Part shown: positions 38,722-48,688 of the stretch, piece after piece
Layout: each line of letters opens with the position of its first letter
How positions within the stretch are numbered: the stretch's first letter is position 1
NCBI GenBank assembly: GCA_050949565.1
Contig: JBMNFY010000020.1
Span: forward strand, 32,001-96,000
Direction of reading: 5' to 3'
DNA length: 64,000 bases
Source of the DNA: Kiritimatiellia bacterium
GTDB lineage: Bacteria; Verrucomicrobiota; Kiritimatiellia; RFP12; UBA1067
The notes under the pieces: generated by a model
What the model was told of the DNA's origin: nothing
Seen by the model: only the letters and a program-made list of their open reading frames with translations
The model's database searches: none
Translations under genes and position numbers: made by a program

Positions 38722-40083
38722 ATGAAGCAGCTTTCACGGCGCGGTTTTTTGCGTACCAGCGTTGCAGCCGGTGCGTTTTCTTTGGCTGGGTATTCCAGCA
38801 TGTCGATCGCCAAACCGGCGGTGTTTCGCAAGCCGGGGGACCGGCTGAATATGGCGTTCATCGGTTCGGGCGGGCGCGGCGGGGCGAACCTTAAGGAGTT
38901 TTACGATCTGGGCGAGCAGATTGTCGCCGTGTGCGATGTCGACCGCGGACGCCTCAACCACTCTGCCAATGTGGTGAAAGAGCGTTGCCCCGATGTGCGC
39001 AAGTATCAGGATTTCCGCGAACTGCTGGCGACCGAGAAGGATCTGGACGCGGTGGTGGTGTCGACGCCCGATCACATGCACGCGGCGGCGGCGATCGCGG
39101 CCATGAAGCAGGGCTGCCACGTCTACGTTGAAAAACCGCTGGTGCGCACGGTGTGGGAGGCGCGCCGCTTTGCGGAAGTCGCCAAGGCGTGCGGCGTGAT
39201 GACCCAGATGGGCAATAACGGTAACGGTTCGGATCACCAGCGCCGCAATATCGAGATCGTGCAGTCCGGCGTGCTGGGCGATATCCGCGAGATCCATGTT
39301 TCGACCGACCGTCCGATCTGGCCGCAGGCGATCAATCGGCCGGAGGGCAGCGACCCGGTGCCGGAGACGTTGGCGTGGGACTGCTGGCTGGGCATTGCGC
39401 CGGAGCGCCCCTACAAGAAGGATGTGTATCACTCTTTCAAATGGCGTGGCTGGTTTGACTTCGGCACCGGTGCGATGGGCGACATCGCCTGCCATAGTAT
39501 GAGCTTCTTCTGGCGCGCCCTGCAACTGGGCGAGGCGATTTCGGCCGAGACCGTGAAGACGACGGAGCGTTTCTCGGAGACCTATCCGGCGGCGACGACG
39601 GTGAAGCTTGTCGTGCGCTCCGCCAAGCAGCAGAAGCCGGTCACGATCTACTGGTACGACGGTAAGACCAAGCCGGCCGACGAAGTGTGCCCGGAGGCGA
39701 TTGCCACGTGGCAGAGCATCGGCGTGGGGTCCACGCTGATCATCGGCGAGAAGGGCAAGTTCATGAACGGCGCGGTCTGCATGGCGGGCGAGCCCAAGTT
39801 CCGCGGCTACGGTCAACATGAGGCGACCAAGGGCATTCCGGTCACGTTGCCGCGCGTCAAGAACCACCACTGGGAGTTTGCCGAGGCGATCCGTGGCGGC
39901 GCGACGCCCTTCTCTCATTACGATCATGCAGTGCCATTGACCGAGGCTGTGTTGCTGGGATGCATCTCGCAGCAGGTGCCGGGTGAACTGCTGTGGGATG
40001 CGTCGGCCTGTCGCTTTAAGAACAGCGAGGCGGCCAACGCGCTGTTGAAGCCCCATGTGCGCAAAGGCTGGGAGATCGGTTGA
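38722..40083 (+). CDS. Tat-exported Gfo/Idh/MocA oxidoreductase
   Basis: SRRGFL Tat motif; IGSGGRG, STPDHMH, HVYVEKP, GAMGDIACH. Confidence 0.93.
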   Translation: MKQLSRRGFLRTSVAAGAFSLAGYSSMSIAKPAVFRKPGDRLNMAFIGSGGRGGANLKEFYDLGEQIVAVCDVDRGRLNHSANVVKERCPDVRKYQDFRELLATEKDLDAVVVSTPDHMHAAAAIAAMKQGCHVYVEKPLVRTVWEARRFAEVAKACGVMTQMGNNGNGSDHQRRNIEIVQSGVLGDIREIHVSTDRPIWPQAINRPEGSDPVPETLAWDCWLGIAPERPYKKDVYHSFKWRGWFDFGTGAMGDIACHSMSFFWRALQLGEAISAETVKTTERFSETYPAATTVKLVVRSAKQQKPVTIYWYDGKTKPADEVCPEAIATWQSIGVGSTLIIGEKGKFMNGAVCMAGEPKFRGYGQHEATKGIPVTLPRVKNHHWEFAEAIRGGATPFSHYDHAVPLTEAVLLGCISQQVPGELLWDASACRFKNSEAANALLKPHVRKGWEIG

Positions 40084-40145
40084 ACAGGATATGTCCGGGC
40101 GGCATCCGCCCGGGAAGACGTGATAGCAAAGAAGGAGACGGCGAT

Positions 40146-40988
40146 ATGAAGACACGGCGTGAGTTTATGAAGGGTGCGGGGCTTGCGTGCGCGGGCCTTG
40201 CGGCGTTGCGCGGCAGCGCGAGGACGGTGGCGGGCGCCAAGAAGATTCCGGTCGGTATTCAACTCTACTCGTTCCGCAAGCAGGGCGAAAAGGACTTTGC
40301 GGGAATCATCAAGAAGTCGGCCGAATTGGGTTTCGCCGGTGTGGAGTTCGCGGGGTACGGGCCGTATGGCGGCAAACCGGCTGAACTCAAGAAGATGCTT
40401 GATGACGCGGGGTTGAAGGCGTTCGGCACGCACACGGGGCACAACCTGATCCAGCCGGACCAGATTCAGAAGACGATCGATTTCCATAAGGCGCTGGGGT
40501 GTCCTTACATCATCGTGCCGTGGATCGATCCGAAACAGATGGCGACGAAGGACGCCTGCCTCAAACTCGCCGAAGCGCTCACGCGTGCGAGCGACACCGC
40601 GCAGGCGGCCGGCCTGTATGTGGGCTATCACGCGCACGGCGGCGACTTCAAAAAGATCGACGGCGACCGCACCTCGTGGGATGTGCTCTTCGATCACACG
40701 CCGAAGGCCTTTATCCATCAGATCGACTTGGGCAACTGCTTGGGCGGCGGTGGCGATCCTTACGCCATGATCGCTCGTTATCCCGGACGGTCACTGAGTG
40801 TGCATCTCAAAGAGCACGGCGGTCCGAAAGGAGCGGTGTTCGGGCAGGGTACCGTCGACTTCAAGCGCGCGTTGACGCTGTGTGAGCAGGTCGGCGGCAC
40901 GACCTGCTACGTGATCGAGCACGAGAGCGATCCCGAACATGCGTTCGAGGCCGCCAAGAAGTGCTTGGATTACGTGGCATCGCTGTAG
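40146..40988 (+). CDS. Tat-exported sugar phosphate isomerase/epimerase (IolE/AP-endonuclease-2 TIM barrel)
   Basis: TRREFM Tat motif; GIQLYS.R, YHAH, D.GN, VHLKE, IEHE. Confidence 0.9.
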   Translation: MKTRREFMKGAGLACAGLAALRGSARTVAGAKKIPVGIQLYSFRKQGEKDFAGIIKKSAELGFAGVEFAGYGPYGGKPAELKKMLDDAGLKAFGTHTGHNLIQPDQIQKTIDFHKALGCPYIIVPWIDPKQMATKDACLKLAEALTRASDTAQAAGLYVGYHAHGGDFKKIDGDRTSWDVLFDHTPKAFIHQIDLGNCLGGGGDPYAMIARYPGRSLSVHLKEHGGPKGAVFGQGTVDFKRALTLCEQVGGTTCYVIEHESDPEHAFEAAKKCLDYVASL

Positions 40989-40992
40989 GCGC

Positions 40993-41383
40993 CTCCGCGC
41001 ACAGCGCGGAGAGTGGTTTCAGGTTTTCTGGTTTCAGGGCTCGCGGAGCGCCGGGAGGGACGAGCGTCTGCTCGTCCGGCGGCGTAAACGCCGCCCACAG
41101 AACCGCCGCCCACAGAACCGCCGCCCACAGAACCGCCGCCCCGGGATTCGACGCCACATATTCCGTGGCCTGAAGGGCCTCCTCAAAAAAACGGCCGCGC
41201 CGCCTGTCTCCGGCTCCATGCCCCCATCAGGGTCACATATTCGAATATGTGACCCTCGAACGCCGAACGCATGATTTGGAAGGCGAGTGTCCCCACGAGC
41301 CGTATAGCTTGAGCGTTAAAAGTTGAGCGTTGCACGGATTTGGAGTGCGTGCGGCAAGCGGTATTCCGCGCGACGCCGCTTTT
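40993..41383. repeat. Repeat island between convergent genes
   Basis: Hairpins 40993-41011 and 41058-41077; 15-mer x3 at 41088-41141; palindrome copy 2 at 41229-41256; REP at 41278-41302; 33-bp inverted copy (41351-41383) of 38534-38566. Confidence 0.85.
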
Positions 41384-41421
41384 GGGGTTACCAAGGGACA
41401 GGTAATTAGACGGCTGTGGGT

Positions 41422-42222
41422 TTAGCGGGTGCACAAGATACGCCACGGGAAGAAGTAGACGGCGTAGACCACGGCATAGACGATGAACGATTCGAGCTTG
41501 AGGAAGTGGCAGGCTGCGAAGAAAAAAATCAGCAGGTGCATGCGTACCACGTTCCGGTAGGGGCGGACCATGGCGGTGCCAAAGATTTCGGGGTTCAGGC
41601 GTTTTGACGGGGGCGCCGGAGTGTCCGGGCAAGCATGCGAATTGTCGTCGCGGCGCCGGGAGCGGATGGCGGTGCGCAGCGGCTTGAAGATCTGTTCCCG
41701 CTCGGCGATCAGCACCGGTATGAGAAAGAGCCCGTACGGCTTCATGAGGTGTTTGGAAGCCAGCGCCAACAGGAGCGGCGGATTTGTAAAGGCCGCGCCG
41801 AAACCTTCGCGCGGCACGCCGTCGAGCGGGAAAAAGCCTTGAAGGAAAACAGAATGTCCGGCGTGAAAGCCGCAGAAGTGGAGCGAGAAGAAGCCTAGGA
41901 AAAAGAGCCCCCCGAGAATCCCGGCAAAGACAATTGAGGGTTTCGATGCCGACTTGGCATCGACAACGTTGAGTACGCGCAGACTAATGCAGGCTGCAGC
42001 CCCCAGAGCGGCGAGGAGCGTGGCGTATCCGGAGATCAAGCTGCTCAGCCAGAGACTCCAGACGAGGTCGCGCGTCTCCCACTCGAGCAGGTAGGCCATG
42101 CTCAGTCCGATGACGAACGCAAACAGGTCGGGCAGCGTGCGGCGCCACGTCGGCGCATCGGTGCCGCCGGTTGCAGAGACTGTTGCCGGCGTGCCGTCAT
42201 TCCTCGCGCGCTTTGTCTTCAT
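41422..42222 (-). CDS. Membrane protein (DUF6498-like)
   Basis: Several TM helices; FF..HF.GFH.GH and PYRNVVRMHL motifs; overlaps the gltA stop. Confidence 0.7.
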   Translation of the reverse strand: MKTKRARNDGTPATVSATGGTDAPTWRRTLPDLFAFVIGLSMAYLLEWETRDLVWSLWLSSLISGYATLLAALGAAACISLRVLNVVDAKSASKPSIVFAGILGGLFFLGFFSLHFCGFHAGHSVFLQGFFPLDGVPREGFGAAFTNPPLLLALASKHLMKPYGLFLIPVLIAEREQIFKPLRTAIRSRRRDDNSHACPDTPAPPSKRLNPEIFGTAMVRPYRNVVRMHLLIFFFAACHFLKLESFIVYAVVYAVYFFPWRILCTR

Positions 42223-43510
42223 CGCGGAGCAGTCGCATATTCGGGCCGATATAAATCTGGCGCGGGCGTTGGAGCTTGAAGCGCGGATCTTCGCGGGCCT
42301 CTTTCCAGTGCGCGATCCAGCCGGGCAGACGTCCGAGCGCGAACATCACGGTGAACATCTCCTTGGGGATGCCGATGGCGCGGTAGATGATGCCGCTGTA
42401 GAAATCCACGTTGGGGTAGAGGTTGCGCGACAGGAAATACTCGTCGTTCAGGCCGTAATCCTCAAGCTCATGCGCGATGTCGAGCAGCGGGTCATTGACC
42501 TCGAGCTTTTTGAGCAGGTCGTGGCAACATGCCTTGATGATTTTCGCGCGCGGGTCGTAAGTCTTGTAAACGCGGTGCCCAAAACCGTAGAGCAGTTTGT
42601 GGCCTTTTGAGGCTTTGATTTGCTCAACGTAGTCGCGCACGCTCTGACCGCTGTCGCGGATTTCTTCGAGCATGTCGATCACCATCTGATTCGCACCGCC
42701 GTGCAGCGGCCCCCAGAGGGCGCAGATGCCGGCCGATACCGAGGCGTAGAGGTTGACGCGCGCGCTGCCGACAAGCCGCACGGCTGCGGTCGAACAGTTC
42801 TGCTCGTGGTCGGCATGGAGGATCAGGAGGATGTTTAGCGCCCGCACGATCTCCGGTCGGATTTCATACGGGCAGACCGGCGAACTGAACATCATGTTGA
42901 GGAAGTTCGCGCAGTACTTGAGGTCGTGGCGCGGATAGACAAAAGGCTCGCCGATCGATTTCTTGTATGAAAACGCGGCGATTGTGCGCAGCTTGCTCAT
43001 CAGGCGCGTGGCGGCGATGCGGATCTCCTCCTCGGGCTCGTCGGGGCGGTGCTGCGTCAGTTCGGGGTAGAAGGTTGACAGCGACACCACCATCGCGGAA
43101 AGAATCGCCATCGGGTGGGCGCGATCCGGGAAGCGGTAGAAAAAATGCCGCATGTCTTCGTGGATCATCGAGTGCTCGTTCAAGAGGCTCGACCACCTCG
43201 TACGTTCGTCCGGGGTGGGCATGTGCCCGTTGATCAACAGATAGGCGACTTCCACAAAGCGCGAGTGGGCGGCGAGATCCTCGACCGGATACCCTCGATA
43301 GCGCAAAATCCCTTTTTCGCCATCCAGATAGGTGATGGCGCTTTCGCAGGAACTGGTGTTGAGGTAGCCGTAGTCTAAAGTAACGGCACCGGTTTTTTTG
43401 CGCAATGCGGTGATATCGATTCCGAGTTCGTGCTCGCTACCGGTGATTACCGGGAACTCGTGGTCCTGACCACGGAAGTGGAGAGAGGCAATGTCGTCAG
43501 ATGTAGGCAT
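42197..43510 (-). CDS. gltA: Citrate synthase
   Basis: ITYLDGEKGILRYRGYP, LHADHEQNCST, GPLHGGAN, GFGHRVYK, YPNVDFYSG. Confidence 0.98.
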   Translation of the reverse strand: MPTSDDIASLHFRGQDHEFPVITGSEHELGIDITALRKKTGAVTLDYGYLNTSSCESAITYLDGEKGILRYRGYPVEDLAAHSRFVEVAYLLINGHMPTPDERTRWSSLLNEHSMIHEDMRHFFYRFPDRAHPMAILSAMVVSLSTFYPELTQHRPDEPEEEIRIAATRLMSKLRTIAAFSYKKSIGEPFVYPRHDLKYCANFLNMMFSSPVCPYEIRPEIVRALNILLILHADHEQNCSTAAVRLVGSARVNLYASVSAGICALWGPLHGGANQMVIDMLEEIRDSGQSVRDYVEQIKASKGHKLLYGFGHRVYKTYDPRAKIIKACCHDLLKKLEVNDPLLDIAHELEDYGLNDEYFLSRNLYPNVDFYSGIIYRAIGIPKEMFTVMFALGRLPGWIAHWKEAREDPRFKLQRPRQIYIGPNMRLLRDEDKAREE

Positions 43511-43566
43511 AGAGACCTTTGTGTGCGGTTATCGGGGGTGGTGGAAAAGGCGAGCGGACAGATGGG

Positions 43567-44361
43567 TCACTTGCCCGCACCGTTGAGGCGCTGCGCAAAG
43601 AACCAGCTAAGGACCGCGTTGTCGTCATAGGTGCGGGTCCAGACGTTGTGGCCGGCGCCGGGATACTCGCGGTATTGGATGTTGCCGCCGCACGCCTTGA
43701 GGGCGTTGACCATGTCGCGCGAACGGTTTACGGGCACGGCACCGTCTTTATCGCCGTGGAAGGTCCAGATCGGGACGCGTTTGATGGCCGGTGCCTGCGC
43801 GGTGTCGCCGCCACCGCAGATCGGCAGGGCCGCCGCGAACAGTTTCGGTTCACGCTGGATGGCATCCCATGTGCCGTAGCCGCCCATCGAGATGCCGGTT
43901 ACGTACACGCGCGCTGGATCGACCGGCAGGGATGCCATGGTTGTGCGGACCAGTTCCAGTGCCAGACGCATGGAGTATGACGGTTCGGCGGGCATGGTGT
44001 GCGACGGCGCATCCCAGGGAACTTCGACCCAGCGCTTTCCTGCCGGGCATTGCGGGATCAGCAGGATGGCGGGATCGTTGGCCTGCTGGCCATAACGGAT
44101 CAGCGATGCGATGCCGTGTACGAGCTGGCTGACGTTGTTGGTGCCGCGCTCGCCGGCGCCGTGCAGGAACAGGACAAGCGGGAGCTTGCGGTCGGCGGCT
44201 ACGCCGGTCGGCCGGTAGAGGCGGTAGAGTAGTTTCTCACCTGCGGAATTACTGAAGCACTCGGCAGTGGTCAGCTCGGCGGGGGATTGTGCGTACAACG
44301 GAGCACGCATCACGCACAGGAGCGCAACGGCAAAACAGGCAAACAGGTTGTGGGGGTTCAT
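43567..44361 (-). CDS. Secreted alpha/beta hydrolase (phospholipase/carboxylesterase, S9-like)
   Basis: LFLHGAGERG, TGISMGGYGTW, FHGDKD, GH. Confidence 0.9.
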   Translation of the reverse strand: MNPHNLFACFAVALLCVMRAPLYAQSPAELTTAECFSNSAGEKLLYRLYRPTGVAADRKLPLVLFLHGAGERGTNNVSQLVHGIASLIRYGQQANDPAILLIPQCPAGKRWVEVPWDAPSHTMPAEPSYSMRLALELVRTTMASLPVDPARVYVTGISMGGYGTWDAIQREPKLFAAALPICGGGDTAQAPAIKRVPIWTFHGDKDGAVPVNRSRDMVNALKACGGNIQYREYPGAGHNVWTRTYDDNAVLSWFFAQRLNGAGK

Positions 44362-44461
44362 GTTGGACGATCCTTTCAAAACGCAGTGGCACAAAACTCA
44401 AAAAACGTCCCAAAGGATAACAATGCGTGGCACGGGCTGTCAAACAGGAAGGATTTTCGCA

Positions 44462-44490
44462 TTGCCGATCGGGGTCTTAAAACGTATGAT
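44462..44490 (+). promoter_or_regulatory. Sigma70-type promoter for ftsH operon
   Basis: TTGCCG-N17-TATGAT. Confidence 0.5.
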
Positions 44491-44498
44491 ATGCGGCT

Positions 44499-46559
44499 AT
44501 GTCTAATGAGCCTCAAAATAAACGTGAGATGCCCCCCAAGCAACCTCCGGTTTTGCCTCCGTCGACTGAAAAGAAAGAGAGGGACGCCGCTGGTGCCATA
44601 CCGCCCAAGCGGGTGTTCGGGGCGTGGCTGGTGGTGGGGATGCTGCTGCTCCTCATGCTGGGCATGATTTACCACAAGCCGGAAGGCGAGTTCAAACCGA
44701 TTGATCAGCTCGCATTCCGTCGCATGGTCAAGGAGGGGCAGATCGAAGAGGTCTCGCTGGTGCGCGAGGCCAACGGCATCACCTATCTGCGTGGAACGAA
44801 AAAGGGCGTGTCCAAGGAGCGGTTCCGCGTCAATGTGATACCCTCCGAGAATCTCGAGCAGTTCCTGTTGGAGAACAATATTCCGTGTCCGGTGGTGAAC
44901 AGCAACAACTTTTTCGGTCCGTTGTTGCGCGAACTGCTGATGATCGCGCTCTTTCTGGGGGTGCTCTACTTTGTGTTCTTCCGCCAAGTCAGGTCGGCCA
45001 ACATGGGGGCCATGAGCTTCGGCAAGAGCCGGGCCAAAATGCTCAGCCAGGATAAGAAAAAGGTTACCTTCGCAAATGTGGCCGGTATTCAAGAGGCGAA
45101 AGAGGAGGTGCAGGAGATCGTCGAGTTCCTGAAAGATCCGCAGAAGTTTCAGAAGTTGGGCGGACGCATCCCCAAGGGCGTGCTGTTGATGGGGCCGCCC
45201 GGCACGGGCAAGACGCTACTGGCGAAGGCAATCGCCGGGGAGGCAGGCGTGCCCTTCTTCAGTATCAGCGGGTCTGACTTCGTCGAGATGTTCGTGGGTG
45301 TGGGGGCGTCGCGCGTGCGCGATATGTTTGAGCAGGGCAAGAAGCATGCGCCCTGCCTGATCTTCATCGACGAGATCGATGCTGTCGGGCGCAGCCGTTT
45401 CTCCGGTATCGGCGGCGGCCACGACGAGCGCGAGCAGACGCTCAATGCGTTGCTGGTGGAGATGGACGGCTTTGAGACTTCGGAGGGCGTGATCATCATT
45501 GCGGCGACCAACCGTGCCGACGTGTTGGATCCGGCGTTGTTGCGCCCGGGGCGTTTTGACCGTCAGATCATCATCGACCTGCCGACGCTTTCCGGCCGCA
45601 AGGAGATTCTCGACATGCATGCGCAGAAGATCAAGCTCTCGCCCGGCGCGGATCTGTCACGTATTGCGCGCGGTACGCCGGGTTTCTCCGGTGCCGATCT
45701 TGCCAATTTGCTCAACGAGGCCGCGTTGCTGGCCGCGCGCTGCGGCAAGCGGTCGGTGGAGCACATCGACCTTGAAGAGGCACGCGACAAGGTGTTGTGG
45801 GGCCGTGAGCGTCGCAGCCGCGCCATGGAGGACCGCGAGCGCCTCATCACGGCGTGGCATGAGTCCGGCCACGCGCTGTTGCAAGTGTTGTGCGAACATG
45901 CCGAGCCGTTGCACAAGGTCACGATTATTCCGCGCGGGCAGGCGCTGGGAGCGACGATGTCGCTGCCGGAGCGTGACGTGCTCAACCGTACTAAGAAGGA
46001 GTTGCTCGATCAGTTGGTCGTGCTGATGGGGGGACGTATCGCGGAGCAGATGTTCACCGGTGACCTGTCGACCGGCGCGCGTATGGATATCAAGATGGCC
46101 AGTGAGATCGCGCGCAAAATGGTTTGCGCCTACGGCATGAGCGATGCTTTCGGGTTCCAGTCGTTCGGCGATAATCAGGAGACGCTCTTCCTTGGCCGCG
46201 AGGTGGCGCGCCATCAGGCTTACAGCGAGGCCACGGCGCGTAAGATTGATGAGGAGGTCGATCGGCTGGTATCGGAAGCCTACGCGCGGGCTTCGCAGAT
46301 GTTGGCGGAGAACCGTAAGCGACTCGAGTTGTTGGTGGAGCACTTGCTTGAGGCTGAGACCATGGACGGCCGCGATGTTGAGGAGTTGATCAAAGAGGGG
46401 CGGATTCGGAACGATGACGAACGCGCTGCTCAAGAGTCGGCGCATGAGGATTCGGAAGACGCGCCGCCCGCTATTGACGAGCCTCTGGCGCAGCCTGCCG
46501 ATGATACGCCCGTATCCGAGGAGGATGGCGCGGTACCGCCGCCGCTGCCGGGGGAGTGA
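44499..46559 (+). CDS. ftsH: ATP-dependent zinc metalloprotease FtsH
   Basis: Two TM helices, [17 protein letters not shown] motif, HESGH. Confidence 0.98.
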   Translation: MSNEPQNKREMPPKQPPVLPPSTEKKERDAAGAIPPKRVFGAWLVVGMLLLLMLGMIYHKPEGEFKPIDQLAFRRMVKEGQIEEVSLVREANGITYLRGTKKGVSKERFRVNVIPSENLEQFLLENNIPCPVVNSNNFFGPLLRELLMIALFLGVLYFVFFRQVRSANMGAMSFGKSRAKMLSQDKKKVTFANVAGIQEAKEEVQEIVEFLKDPQKFQKLGGRIPKGVLLMGPPGTGKTLLAKAIAGEAGVPFFSISGSDFVEMFVGVGASRVRDMFEQGKKHAPCLIFIDEIDAVGRSRFSGIGGGHDEREQTLNALLVEMDGFETSEGVIIIAATNRADVLDPALLRPGRFDRQIIIDLPTLSGRKEILDMHAQKIKLSPGADLSRIARGTPGFSGADLANLLNEAALLAARCGKRSVEHIDLEEARDKVLWGRERRSRAMEDRERLITAWHESGHALLQVLCEHAEPLHKVTIIPRGQALGATMSLPERDVLNRTKKELLDQLVVLMGGRIAEQMFTGDLSTGARMDIKMASEIARKMVCAYGMSDAFGFQSFGDNQETLFLGREVARHQAYSEATARKIDEEVDRLVSEAYARASQMLAENRKRLELLVEHLLEAETMDGRDVEELIKEGRIRNDDERAAQESAHEDSEDAPPAIDEPLAQPADDTPVSEEDGAVPPPLPGE

Positions 46560-46596
46560 CGAACGAGGCTGTGCGCCGAGTGCAAGAGTGAACGTT

Positions 46597-47448
46597 ATGG
46601 ATGAACGATCTGTCCAGTTTCAAGAGTGGCAATGCCGGGAACGGCGTCTGCCGTTGACACGGCCTCTGGTGATGGGCATTGTCAATGTGACGCCTGACTC
46701 GTTTTCCGATGGCGGCAAGTGGTTCGACGAGGAACGCGCCGTGGCCCATGCGCTGGAGTTGGTGGAGGAGGGGGCGGACATTCTTGACATCGGCGGTGAG
46801 TCGACGCAGCCGGGCATCGCACCGGTCAGCGAGGACGAGGAGTGCCGGCGCGTGCTGCCGGTGATCCGTCGTGTGACGGCAGTCAGCGATGTACCGATAT
46901 CGGTCGATACGCGTAACGCCGCTGTTGCGCGCGAGGCGGTCGCGGTCGGCGCGTGTATTGTGAACGACGTGATGCCGTTCGCCGGTGATGTCGCGATGGC
47001 GGCGGTGGTGCGTGAGACCGGCGCGGGGATGGTTGCCATGCACATGCGCGGTACTCCGCAGGATATGGCGGGACTTACGGGCTACGATGACGTGGTGGGC
47101 GAGGTTGAGGAGGAGCTGCGCAAGGCGTTGGTTTTTGCCGCCGAACAAGGCATCGCGGCGGGACAGATGGTCATTGATCCTGGTATCGGCTTCGCCAAGG
47201 ACACGGCGCAGAATGTGGCACTGTTGGCGGCCACGGAACGATTCACGCGGCTTGCGCCGGTGCTGATCGGTGTGTCTCGCAAGCGGTTCATCGGTGAACT
47301 GTGCAACGAACCCGTGCCGACCGAACGGGTGGGGGGCAGTGTCGGGATTGCGGTTTGGTGTGCGATGCACGGCGCTGCCGTGGTGCGCGTCCACGATGTT
47401 AAAGCGACCCGTCAGGCGTTGACCGTTGTGCAGGCGTTGATGGCTTAA
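46597..47448 (+). CDS. folP: Dihydropteroate synthase
   Basis: MGIVNVTPDSFSDGG, DIGGEST, DPGIGF, SRK, VRVHDV; follows ftsH. Confidence 0.97.
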   Translation: MDERSVQFQEWQCRERRLPLTRPLVMGIVNVTPDSFSDGGKWFDEERAVAHALELVEEGADILDIGGESTQPGIAPVSEDEECRRVLPVIRRVTAVSDVPISVDTRNAAVAREAVAVGACIVNDVMPFAGDVAMAAVVRETGAGMVAMHMRGTPQDMAGLTGYDDVVGEVEEELRKALVFAAEQGIAAGQMVIDPGIGFAKDTAQNVALLAATERFTRLAPVLIGVSRKRFIGELCNEPVPTERVGGSVGIAVWCAMHGAAVVRVHDVKATRQALTVVQALMA

Positions 47449-47457
47449 GGCGCAATC

Positions 47458-48687
47458 ATGATGCGGGGAGTCAGAATAGAATGGCTGGTGGTGCTGGCGT
47501 TGGCCTTAGCGCCTTTGGCGGGACCAGCGCAGACGATGGAGGGGCCGCGGCTACCGCGCGGGGCTGCGCCTGCGGCACCGGTCTATTCGAGTGACGGCAC
47601 GGTGACGGTTTTTGCGCCCGGGCATAAGGCGGGGTACCGTATGCCGGTGTTGACCTTTGTGACGCAGTTCAGTGCCGAGTTGCAGCGGGTGCTGCGGCTC
47701 AAATTGGGTACGCAACTCGCGCCACTGGAGGTGGCGATCGGCGGCAAGAGCGATGGCGATACGCGTGTGTTGACGGCGCGTCTGCGCGATGCCGGCGGTG
47801 TGGTGCGTGAGCGGATCGAGTTGCCCGATCCCGAAACAGCGGATCTGGATCTGTTCCGGCGTGCGATCTGCGTGGCGTTGCTGCGGGGTTGGATGGTGGA
47901 GGCCGGCGGGACGGAAGCCACCATGCAGGATGTGCCGGCGTGGTTGATCGATGGACTGTTGCGCTATATCGATCGCGGGCGGCGTCAAGCGGACATTGAT
48001 CGCACGCTGTTGCTCTGGTCGCGGGCCTGCCTGCCGCCCGCCGCCGCATTGGTTGAGGCGGACAGCCAGGCGGCGACGCGTGAGCCTGCGGTCGCTGCGG
48101 TGCTTGCGGGCTGGTTGATGGAGCGGCGCGATGGAGTTTCGCATTTCGAACATCTGCTGCGCGCGGCTGCGACCGGTGTGCCGTGGTCGGTCGAGCAGGT
48201 TGCGCGGCTGTTGGCCGGGAGTGACGACATGTTCGCCTTCGATGAGCATGTGGACCGGCGGATGTTGACCGAGGGCCGTGTTGTGGCGCGGCCGGGACTG
48301 ACGACAGCCGGAATTGTCCGTCGTTTTCGCGCGTACCTGTTGCTGTACCCCGCGTTTTATGATAAAAACTTTAGCGACACCCACCCGTGGTGTACGTTTC
48401 AACAGGCGGTGGTGCGTGCGGAAGCACCCGAGGTGCGCGCCGCCGCTGCTGTGCAAAGCGTACGCATGCGGGTCGCTGCGGTTGGGCGTGATGGCATGCT
48501 TCTTGCGGTTGCTGACGCCTACGGAGCCTTTCTCAGCGCGTTGGCGCGCGGTGCGGAACAGGGGGAACTGGCGCGCCTGCTGTTGGAAGCGGAGGGGATG
48601 CGCGGAACGCTCGAACGGCGCGTGGCGAGTGGTGAGGTTTTTCAGCGGAGCGCGGGTGCGCAGGGAGCTGACGCGCAAAGGAATTGA
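47458..48687 (+). CDS. Hypothetical exported protein
   Basis: Signal-like N-terminus; tight spacing between folP and argH. Confidence 0.75.
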   Translation: MMRGVRIEWLVVLALALAPLAGPAQTMEGPRLPRGAAPAAPVYSSDGTVTVFAPGHKAGYRMPVLTFVTQFSAELQRVLRLKLGTQLAPLEVAIGGKSDGDTRVLTARLRDAGGVVRERIELPDPETADLDLFRRAICVALLRGWMVEAGGTEATMQDVPAWLIDGLLRYIDRGRRQADIDRTLLLWSRACLPPAAALVEADSQAATREPAVAAVLAGWLMERRDGVSHFEHLLRAAATGVPWSVEQVARLLAGSDDMFAFDEHVDRRMLTEGRVVARPGLTTAGIVRRFRAYLLLYPAFYDKNFSDTHPWCTFQQAVVRAEAPEVRAAAAVQSVRMRVAAVGRDGMLLAVADAYGAFLSALARGAEQGELARLLLEAEGMRGTLERRVASGEVFQRSAGAQGADAQRN

Positions 48688-48688
48688 C

